Assembly (NCBI GenBank): GCA_002269645.1
Contig: NIVC01001023.1
Coordinates: forward strand, 248,001 to 312,000
Direction of reading: 5' to 3'
Length of the DNA: 64,000 nucleotides
Source of the DNA: Macrostomum lignano
Taxonomy: Eukaryota
Shown here: positions 50,801 through 60,800 of the stretch, one piece after another
Layout: the number at the start of each line of letters is the position of its first letter
Numbering within the stretch: the first letter of the stretch is position 1
Notes under the pieces: generated by a model
Databases searched by the model: none
The model's input: the letters and a program-made list of their open reading frames with translations, nothing else
What the model was told of the DNA's origin: nothing
Translations under genes and position numbers: made by a program

Positions 50801-53800
50801 GCGAGAAAGACATTCAGAAAACTTGTTTTATTCAAAAAATATTGATTTCAGTTGCCAGGCCAGGCGTTTCCCCCCGATTCATTTCTACAGCATGCCATGG
50901 TTGCTTGTTTTTTTTGCGCGTGTTTTAGAATCAGTCTTTGTTTTGAGCTGCATGAAATGCACCATGAAACCATAAACACAGCATCCTCTTTGCATGCCCA
51001 ACTGAAACTAAATGCAGGCCTCAAGCAAGGAGACTCACCTGGAGAAGCACATTCAGGAGCTGAAGTTCAAAGTAGACGAGGTAGCTGCTTGTACTCTTTT
51101 TTTCTTCAAATTTTCTTATCCCAGACTCTCGCATGCAGCTCGGTTGAACAGGCGTTTCCATCATTGCTGATTACTGCTTGGCAACTTATTTTTATGCCTA
51201 GACTTAACTTAACTACGTACATTTACTAACCGTCTCCTTTATTCTCCACATCTTCCATTCTCATCAAATTTATTCACCTGATCCCAATTCTCTCCGCCCC
51301 TACCTGTAAATTACCTTCGATCCTGATTCTCCCCTGTAAATTACTCTGTTTCTTATTATCTAAAATCAGAGAAATTCCTTTGATCCCAATTCTTTCTTTT
51401 GAATTCCCCTGATTCCAATTCTTCCACTGTAAATTCCCCTGTTTCCAATTCTTCCCTTTGAACTCCCCTGATCCCAATTCTTCCACTGTAAATTCCCCTG
51501 ATCCCAATTGCTCCCCTGTAAATTCCCCTGATCCCAATTGTTCCCCTGTAAATTCCCCTGATCCAATTGCTCCCCTGTAAATTCCCCTGATCCCAATTGC
51601 TCCCCTGTAAATTCCCCTGATCCCAATTCTTCACCTGTAAATTCCCCTGATCCCAACTGCTCCCCTGTAAATTCCCCTGATTCCAATTCTTCACCTGTAA
51701 ATTCCCCTGATCCCAATTGCTCCCCTGTAAATTCCCCTGATCCCAATTGTTCCCCTGTAAATTCCCCTGATCCAATTGCTCCCCTGTAAATTCCCCTGAT
51801 CCCAATTGCTCCCCTGTAAATTCCCCTGATCCCAATTGTTCCCCTGTAAATTCCCCTGATCCCAACTGCTCCCCTGTAAATTTCCCAGATCCCAATTCTT
51901 CACCTGTAAATTCCCCTGATCCCAATTCTTCACCTGTAAATTCCCCTGATCCCAACTGCTCCCCTGTAAATTCCCCTGATTCCAATTCTTCACCTGTAAA
52001 TTCCCCTGATCCCAATTGCTCCCCTGTAAATTCCCCTGATCCCAATTGCTCCCCTGTAAATTCCCCTATAATTTCCCCCTGTAAATTACTCTAAACCTAA
52101 TATCCAGACTTCTATTCCCTTTCACTTCTCCATCCAGTCAGTATCTTTTCCTCTCCTTTTTTCATGGATCTTCCACCATCGAATCCTGTATTATTTTTTG
52201 ACTAACCATGATTTTTGCAATAACTCCTATAAAAACGGAATGCCTCTAAAACACCTTGGATTGATCTGGCCTGGCGATGAATAACAAGAAACAAAGGTTA
52301 GACTTTAAAATACTCGAACATTAGCTAGCAGTTGGTGTTTAACAATCTCACAAAAAACGCACGAAACACCTCAGGCTGAGCAGCGAGCCACAGAGGCCGA
52401 AAGGCAGGTTGCCAAGCTGCAGAGCGAGGTGGACCGACTGGAGGGTACGACTGAGCACTGTGCTCAACTGCTGCTGTGCCTGCCCAGTCCCAGATTATTA
52501 TTTTGCTTGCTTGCTAAACTGCCATAAAGTTTACAATACTTCTCAGCTGCATGCGAGGGTTTTTGGGTGTTTTGTACTTTCTTTTGGTGCGTGCAATCAA
52601 GTGAACTGGATTCCAGCTACCCCAGACGATTCCAGCTACACCTGACGATTCCAGCTACTACCTGACAATTCCAGCTACCACCTGACAATTCCAGCTACCA
52701 CCTGACAATTCCAGCTACCACCTGACAATTCCAGCTACCACCTGACAATTCCAGCTACCACCTGACAATTCCAGCTACCACCTGACAATTCCAGCTACCA
52801 CCTGACAATTCCAGCTACCACCTGACAATTCCAGCTACCACCTGACAATTCCAGCTACCACCTGACAATTCCAGCTACCACCTGACAATTCCAGCTACCA
52901 CCTGACAATTCCAGCTACCACCTGACAATTCCAGCTACCACCTGACAATTCCAGCTACCACCTGACAATTCCAGCTACCACCTGACAATTCCAGCTACCA
53001 CCTGACAATTCCAGCTACCACCTGACAATTCCAGCTACCACCTGACAATTCCAGCTACCACCTGACAATTCCAGCTACCACCTGACAATTCCAGCTACCA
53101 CCTGACAATTCCAGCTACCACCTGACAATTCCAGCTACCACCTGACAATTCCAGCTACCACCTGACAATTCCAGCTACCACCTGAAAATTCCAGCTACCT
53201 CATGCTCACTATTTTTTTGTTGAGTACTGTTTGTTGTCACTGTGCATGGTTTGTTTTATCCCGCATCTCAATAACCTGCATGCAAACTGACAACCCCAGG
53301 CAGAGCAGAGGGCACTCACCGCAGAACGAGAGGCCCTGCAAATGCAGAAGGAGCTTGATGAGGCCGAAGGTAAAGAAACTGAGAAATGTCGGAGGAAATT
53401 AGAAGTTGTGGATAGGACCCTGTTGGATTCGGGATTCACTGTAGGTCGGCGCCCCTGTCTCTTAGGTTGGCGCCCCTGTCTCTTAGGTTGGCGCCCCTGT
53501 CTATTTGATTGGTTGGCGTCCCTGTCCCTTAGGTTGGCGCCCCTGTCCCTTAGGTTGGCGCCCCTGTCTCTTAGGTTGGCGCCCCTGTCTCTTAGGTTGG
53601 CGCCCCTGTCTCTTTGATTGGTTGGCGCCCCTGTCCCTTAGGTTGGCGCCCCTGTCCCTTAGGTTGGCGCCCCTGTCCCTTAGGTTGGCGCCCCTGTCCC
53701 TTAGTTTGGCGCCCGTCTCTTAGGTTGGCGCCCCTGTCCCTTAGGTTGGCGCCCGTCTCTTAGGTTGGCGCCCCTGTCCCTTAGGTTGGCGCCCCTGTCC

Positions 53801-55394
53801 CTTAGGTTGGCGCCCCTGTCCCTTAGGTTGGCGCCCTTGTCTCTTGGGTTGATGAAAATAAAATTTGAAGTTTTCGAAGCCAGCCTCAACCTCAACCCTG
53901 CATCAATCCGGTGAACTCATCTCTACAGTTGAGCTGCTGCAGAAGAAGGACAGCCTCCTGCAGCTGAAGGGCCAGCTGGAGAGCTACTACAAAGAGATTG
54001 AGAGCATTTAGGCGGCGTTACAGCACAGGTAGATGCAGGTGGTTCACCTCAAACACGGCTTGGCTAACTCAAAAATATCATAATTATTATGGAAAGTTAT
54101 GATACATTATTATTTGGTTTTAATTAGTTTACTCTCAAATTGTTAATTCAATCTGCATTTAACCTGCCGCTAGTCTTTAACTTTGTTTGCTTTATTGCAC
54201 TGATTGCTACCGGTAATTTTATTAAGTGTGAATAATTTTTATTTATACAATATTGCTACGTGCAAAATATTAACCTGATTTTGTTTAGTTATTCTATCTT
54301 AGTAAGAGCGTAATCTTAGCATTGACACTTTAAATACCAATTTCACTGTGTTCCTCGTACTGTAGATATCTCGGAGTCCCACACCCTCGAATCCCACTGC
54401 TGTAAATTCCACACCCTCAAATCCCACATCCTCAATTCCCACTGATTCAAATCCCACACCCTCAAATCCCACTGCTTCAAATCCCACTGCTTCAAATCCC
54501 ACACCCTCAAATCCCACTGCTTCAAATCCCACTGCTTCAAATCCCACACCCTCAAATCCCACCGCTTCAAACCATACACCCTCAAATCCTACTGCTTCAA
54601 ATCCCACACCCTCAAATCCCACTGCTTCAAATCCCACACCCTCAAATCCCACTGCTACAAATCCCACACCCATGCAAAAATCCCACACCCTCAAATCCCA
54701 CTGCTTCAAATCCCACTGCTTCAAATCCAACTGCTACAAATCCCACACCCTCAAATCCCACTGCTTCAAATCCCACTGCTTCAAATCCCACTGCTTCAAA
54801 TCCCACACCCTCAAATCCCACTGCTTCAAATCCCACTGCTTCTAATCCCACTGCTTCAAATCCCCACACCCTCAAATCCCACTGCTTCAAATCCCACACC
54901 CTCAAATCCCACTGCTACAAATCCCACACCCATGCAAAAATCCCACTGCTTCAAATCCCACTGCTTCAAATCCCACTGCTTCAAATCCCACTGCTTCAAA
55001 TCCCACACCCTCAAATCCCACTGCTTCAAACCCCACACCCTCAAATCCCACTGCTTCAAATCCCACACCCTCAAATCCCACTGCTTCAAATCCCACACTC
55101 TCAAATCCCACTGCTACAAATCCCACACCCATGCAAAAATCCCACACCCTGAAATCTCAACTCCTAGAAATCCCATCCCACACTATCAAAACCAACTCCC
55201 AGAAATTCCACATTCTAAAATCCCACACCCTCAAAGTCCCACACGCTAAGTTGGCACTCCCCAAAGTCCCAACAGGTGAAACCTCAACCAACCGCATTCC
55301 CCATCCCGCAGACGAGCTCCTGTCCGAGAAGGAACGCTACAAGGGCATCAGCGAAGAACTGGACCAGACCTTTGCCGAGCTCACCGGCTACTGA
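44828..55394 (+). CDS. TPM: Tropomyosin, canonical muscle-type 284-aa isoform (exon set B)
   Basis: Exons 44828-44889, 45122-45299, 46459-46592, 48222-48410, 50640-50778, 52375-52444 and 55312-55394 total 855 nt. Starts MDAIKKKM and ends [12 protein letters not shown]. Confidence 0.97.
45562..45705 (+). CDS. TPM: Tropomyosin alternative first exon (short 252-aa isoforms)
   Basis: [26 protein letters not shown]...KKAE (48 codons). Phase-0 donor GTAGGT joins the exon at 46459. Confidence 0.88.
46831..46948 (+). CDS. TPM: Tropomyosin divergent exon 4A (aa 125-164)
   Basis: 118 bp, phase 2 to 0, [48 protein letters not shown]; 13/39 identical to the canonical segment. Confidence 0.85.
47220..47615. 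repeat. AG-rich low-complexity intronic tract
   Basis: Purine run. Confidence 0.85.
48639..48851. repeat. Intronic minisatellite, 16-bp unit GGTGCTGGCGCCCCTT
   Basis: Near-perfect tandem copies. Confidence 0.95.
49176..49322 (+). CDS. TPM: Tropomyosin divergent fused exon 5/6A (aa 165-213)
   Basis: 147 bp, phase 0 to 0. [49 protein letters not shown]. Confidence 0.85.
49740..50612. repeat. Intronic minisatellite, 30-bp unit CCCAATCCAGATCCCCAAACCCACTCTGAT
   Basis: Directly visible; ends about 28 bp before the acceptor at 50640. Confidence 0.96.
51018..51080 (+). CDS. TPM: Tropomyosin divergent exon 7A (aa 214-234)
   Basis: 63 bp, phase 0 to 0, [32 protein letters not shown]. Confidence 0.8.
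51370..52085. repeat. Intronic minisatellite, 29/30-bp unit GTAAATTCCCCTGATCCCAATTGCTCCCCT
   Basis: Directly visible. Confidence 0.95.
52613..53200. repeat. Intronic near-perfect minisatellite, 20-bp unit ATTCCAGCTACCACCTGACA
   Basis: Long run of identical units with no spacers. Confidence 0.97.
53300..53369 (+). CDS. TPM: Tropomyosin divergent exon 8A (aa 235-258)
   Basis: 70 bp, phase 0 to 1. [23 protein letters not shown]; 12/23 identical to exon 8B. Confidence 0.88.
53446..53845. repeat. Intronic minisatellite, 21-bp unit GGCGCCCCTGT(C/T)(C/T)CTTAGGTT
   Basis: Its reverse complement nearly equals the unit of 3110-3890. Confidence 0.95.
53929..54011 (+). CDS. TPM: Tropomyosin divergent terminal exon 9A (aa 258-284)
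   Basis: 83 bp, phase 1. (V)[26 protein letters not shown]; same length as exon 9B. Confidence 0.85.
54375..55240. repeat. Intronic minisatellite mixing two 15-bp units (CAAATCCCACTGCTT / CAAATCCCACACCCT)
   Basis: Directly visible; degenerates toward the acceptor at 55312. Confidence 0.93.
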
Positions 55395-56674
55395 ACTCGC
55401 AAATCATTTTTTCTGTTTTCTCATTTCACCGCAACAGCTCTCTCTCAGACTTGCTGGCAGACATTTGTTTCGCATATATTTATTTATTTCAGCAAACAGT
55501 CTGTGAAATATTTAATATGATTTTATTCATTCACCTAGCTGCTCTCTTTCGTATCTGCTTTGCTTATTGTCAATCAGTTTAGAATTTATCATTAATCGAT
55601 TTGCAGTGTTCACCCCACAACAGTTAGAAATTGAAGCCACCCTAAACATGTAGTAGCTACAGACTCAAAAACAGACAAATACAGACAACAATATACTCAG
55701 ACTTGAAAGACTCTTTCTGCATAAGCAGAATTTAATTTCTTTTGTTTCAGTTTAAACAAATTGTCACAATCCGACTCCGCAATACGCATTTATTTATTAA
55801 TGTTTATACTAGAAGGCCGAGCTTAAAAAAGATCAATTTTCAGTGAGCTGAGTTAAATTAATACGCAGAGGTCGTCACGATTCACGCCGAAAAGGGGGGC
55901 GGCTTCAGTCGAACAGGGGTTGACAGAGTTGATAACCAATCTGAAGTAGGCATAACAATAATACTAAACCTTGCGATAAAAATACAATGTCCTCAATACG
56001 CTACTGATATTAGCTGGGGGGACAAAAGTAGCATAGTTGGGAAATGGTCAGCTGAGGACGCAGAATACTCCAAAGCGAGTGGAAGTTTAAAAACTAATAA
56101 AACAGATATAAACAACAAAGCATTTTTGAAAAAAAAACTCAAAATCTGTTTTCAGTGATAAAACCTCCTGACAAAGAAAAGCATTGAAACAGTTGGGGAA
56201 ATATTTATTAGCAAAATATATATAGGGAACAAAAACTGCTGAAAAAAACAACTCTGTTTTTTAGCACACGGCTGAAGGCGGGCGGTTGAAAAGCAAGGAG
56301 AGACAAAAATTAAAACAAAATTAGAATAATTTTATGCACTACTGCCAGCCAAATGAGGAGCGCAAGTAGTGAGTTGCGACTTAAAATTGAAGCTAGAACA
56401 AAGACCTGTTCAATACGGAATAACCTAAGATCTGGGTAATGAAATTTAGAAAAAAACAACAATATTTGACAAAAATTTTTATGGTTAAATGACAGTCCAG
56501 GTTTGAATCTTTAAACATCTGTAATGAGCATTCTAAATGTGTCATGACATTAAAATGTAATGGATATAATTGTTGGCATAATAATGCTATTAAAATATGA
56601 CAAGCAAACAGACAAACGTATTGTACTTTGTAAAAAGGACTAAAAAATATTTTGTATCATTTTAAATTTAGGGC

Positions 56675-57810
56675 AATTCTTAGAAATATTCAGGGACGAT
56701 TCCTAGAAACATTCAGGGCTAATTCTTAGAAATATTCAGGGACGATTCCTAGAAACATTCAGGGCTAATTCTTAGAAATATTCAGGGACGATTCCTAGAA
56801 ACATTCAGGGACCATTCCTAGAAATATTCAGGGACAATTCGTAGAAATATTCAGGGACAATTCCTATAAATATTCAGGGCTAATTCTTAGAAATATTCAG
56901 GGACGATTCCTAGAAACATTCAGGGCTAATTCTTAGAAATATTCAGGGACGATTCCTAGAAACATTCAGGGACCATTCCTAGAAATATTCAGGGACAATT
57001 CGTAGAAATATTCAGGGACAATTCCTAGAAATATTCAGGGACAATTCGTAGAAATATTCAGGGACAATTCCTAGAAATATTCAGGGACAATTCCTAGAAA
57101 TATTCTGGGATAATTCCTAGAAACATTCAGGGTCAATTCCTAGAAACATTCAGGGTCAATTCCTAGAAACATTCAGGGACAATTTCTAGAAACATTCAGG
57201 GCCAATTCCTAGAAACATTCAGGGCCAATTCCTAGAAACATTCAGGGACAATTCCTAGAAACATTCAGGGTCAATTCCTAGAAACATTCAGGGCCAATTC
57301 CTAGAAATATTCAGGGTCAATTCCTAGAAACATTCAGGGTCAATTTCTAGAAACATTCAGGGACAATTTCTAGAAACATTCAGGGACAATTTCTAGAAAT
57401 ATTCAGGGACAATTCCTAGAAACATTCAGGGTCAATTCCTAGAAATATTCTGGGACAATTCCTAGAAACATTCAGGGACAATTCCTAGAAACATTCAAGG
57501 TCAATTCCTAGAAATATTCTGGGACAATTCCTAGAAACATTCAGGGTCAATTCCTAGAAACATTCAGGGACAATTCCTAAAAACATTCAAGGTCAATTCC
57601 TAGAAATATTCTGGGACAATTCCTAGAAACATTCAGGGTCAATTCCTAGAAATATTCTGGGACAATTCCTAGAAACATTCAGGGTCAATTCCTAGAAACA
57701 TTCAGGGTCAATTCCTAGAAATATTCTGGGACAATTCCTAGAAATATTCAGGGATAATTCCTAGAAATATTCAGGGACAATTCCCAGAAATATTCAGGGA
57801 CAATTCCTAG
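56675..57810. repeat. Intergenic minisatellite, 23-bp unit CCTAGAAA(C/T)ATTCAGGGACAATT
   Basis: Period 23 (57121/57144). Confidence 0.96.
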
Positions 57811-57878
57811 ATAGCAGCTATCAGGGAAGACTGGGCGATTTCTCAATAAAAACTGTGATACAAAAACAAAAAAGCAAG

Positions 57879-60800
57879 TCAGTCCTGCCGGTGGTTCTCC
57901 GCCGCAGTCGCATCAAAGCCGCGCAACGCCTCGAGATCCTCTTTGTAGTTTAACCGAATTTTGTCGAACGGTTTCGGATCCAAATCTACTATGGCTAGGT
58001 TCATTAGGAGTCCTCGACCGGACACGGGGTCCTTGGCGTGGGCAACGCTGTCTGGCAGCTCGCTAGCTGGCAGGCGGCTGGGGGCAAGGGTGAGCATGAC
58101 TGAGCAGTCCTTGGCAACCAGGGATGTCAGGTAGGCCTCGTAGTGCTGCGCGGACTGGATCACCGACAGCGGCGCCTGCAGCGACTCCACGAAGTCCTTC
58201 AGGCTGCCCTTGGAGCAGTCCCTGCGGGGGTGTGACCGATTCTCATGGATCACTCATGACCGATTCTCATGGATCACTCATGATCGATTCTCATGAATCA
58301 CTCATGACCGATTCTCATGGATCACTCATGATAGATTCTCATGGATCACTCATGATCGATTCTCATGAATCACTCATGATCGATTCTCATGAATCACTCA
58401 TGACCGATTCTCATGAATCACTCATGACCGATTCTCATGAATCTCTCATGACCGATTCTCATGAATCACTCATGACCGATTCTCATGAATCACTCATGAC
58501 CGATTCTCATGAATCACTCATGACCGATTCTCATGAATCACTCAGTGCAGATTCTCATGAATCACTCAGTGCAGATTCTCATGAATCACTCAGTGCAGAT
58601 TCTCATGAATCACTCAGTGCAGATTCTCATAAATCACTCAGTGCAGATTCTCATGAATCACTCAGTGCAGATTCTCATGAATCACTCAGTGCAGATTCTC
58701 ATGAATCACTCAGTGCAGATTCTCATGAATCACTCAGTGCAGATTCTCATGAATCACTCAGTGCAGATTCTCATGAATCACTCAGTGCAGATTCTCATGA
58801 ATCACTCAGTGCAGATTCTCATGAATCACTCAGTGCAGATTCTCATGAATCACTCAGTGCAGATTCTCATGAATCACTCAGTGCAGATTCTCATGAATCA
58901 CTCAGTGCAGATTCTCATGAATCACTCAGTGCAGATTCTCATGAATCACTCAGTGCAGATTCTCATGAATCACTCAGTGCAGATTCTCATGAATCACTCA
59001 GTGCAGATTCTCATAAATCACTCAGTGCAGATTCTCATGAACCACTCAGTGCAGATTCTCATGAATCACTCAGTGCAGATTCTCATAAATCACAAGAGCA
59101 GCTCACCAAGCGGTATCATTGTCCTGCAGGAACTTGACCAGTCGGTTATAATGCGACAGGGTGCCATCAATACCCAGCCGATCAAGCAGCTGAACAGACA
59201 GAATTCGGCCCAGCACACAGTTGATGCTGAGCTGGGTGGGTTGCTGCTGCTGTTGCTGTTGTTGCTGTTGTTCCTCTTGCATCCGCCTTGAGCACAGCTG
59301 CGAGTAGTGCGAATCAGCTGGATAGGAAAATTCCGCAGAAGCTGACACAGGGGCCTCATCAGAGACGGGTAGCGACTTGAACTCATAGGTGAGTGCCTGG
59401 TAGAGGGTCTCCACAAATCCCGCAATCAGCTGCTCGTCTGTCACCTCGGCGTTGGTTGACGAGGAAGATGACGGAGGAATGTCGAAGAACTCGCGGAGAC
59501 AGGCTGCGAGATCGGCTGGAGACTCGTTGCCGACTATGTAGGCTGGGGTGCCATTCTGGGGTGAGTGGAATGGGGTGTGTGCTTTTGAGAAGTTGGCATG
59601 CGTCGATCGACTGAACATCCGACGTCGACGTTGGATATTTCTAGGAAAAAACTTTATTTCTAGGAAAGAGTTTATTGGGATCGGGTGTTTTTGACGAAGA
59701 GTGAATTGGGGTTCATTGTTGTTAGGAATGTGTACTTTGTGACTGTGTTTCTAGGAAAGTTCAAATTGTGGTGGGGTTTTCTAGGAAACAGTGTACATTG
59801 TGATTGAGTTTTCTAGGAAAGAGTGCATATTGGGTTGATTGCTTTTAGAAAAGTGTGCATTGAGGTTGGGTGTTTCTAGGAAAGAGAGTACATTGAGGTT
59901 GGCTGTTTCTAGGAAAGAGTGTACATGGAGATTGAGTGTTTCTAGGAAAGAGTGTACATAGAGATTGGGTGTTTCTAGGAAAGAGTGTACATTGAGGTTG
60001 GGTGTTTCTAGGAAAGAGTGTACATAGAGATTGAGTGTTTCTAGGAAAGAGTGTACATTGAGATTGGCTGTTTCTAGAAAGAGTGTACATTGAGATTGAG
60101 TGTTTCTAGGAAAGAGTGTACATTGAGGTTGGGTGTTTCTAGGAAAGAGTGTACATTGAGATTGGGTGTTTCTAGGAAAGAGTGTACATAGAGATTGGGT
60201 GTTTCTAGGAAAGAGTTTCATTGTGATTAAATATTTCTAGGAAAGAGGGCAGATTAGAGCTAAATGTCTCTAGAAAACGCTGAACATTAGGACTGAGCAA
60301 TTTTTGAGTGGCCTGTGGGTTTCCAAGAAATACAGCACACCTTCGATGGCTGTTCCCAACAAACAGTAAAACTGATAGAGAAGTCACAAATCCTGCCTAC
60401 CTTGAACACTCGCAAATTATTTTGCGGAGTCTGGATCAGCGACATCAGAGCGGATACCATGCGACTTTTAACGCTGAAAAAAACAATAACACAAACGTGC
60501 TTAATATTACGATGCCTGAAATAAAATGAGATCAAGAATTTCAGATGGCAAATTAAGAAAACTCACCCTGAGAACAGGTCGCATGGACAGTATTGACTTC
60601 GGGTCTCGTATTGGCGACCCTTTTTCTAGAGTAAAGGAGAATTCAAAGAAACCAAAGTTAAAAACACTCGTTTAGACCCGATATTAATCACAGTGGCGGT
60701 TACAAAACAAGACCCTCAACTAACCAGATGAAACTGCATCAAACAGAAGCGACACCAGGTTCTGCGGACTTTCTCCTGCACCAAAGTTGACACGGGTATG

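Noticed and set aside
52613-53200. CRISPR-like regular repeat
   Set aside because: Units are head-to-tail with no unique spacers, there are no cas genes, and the context is a eukaryotic intron. The same applies to every other array in the window.
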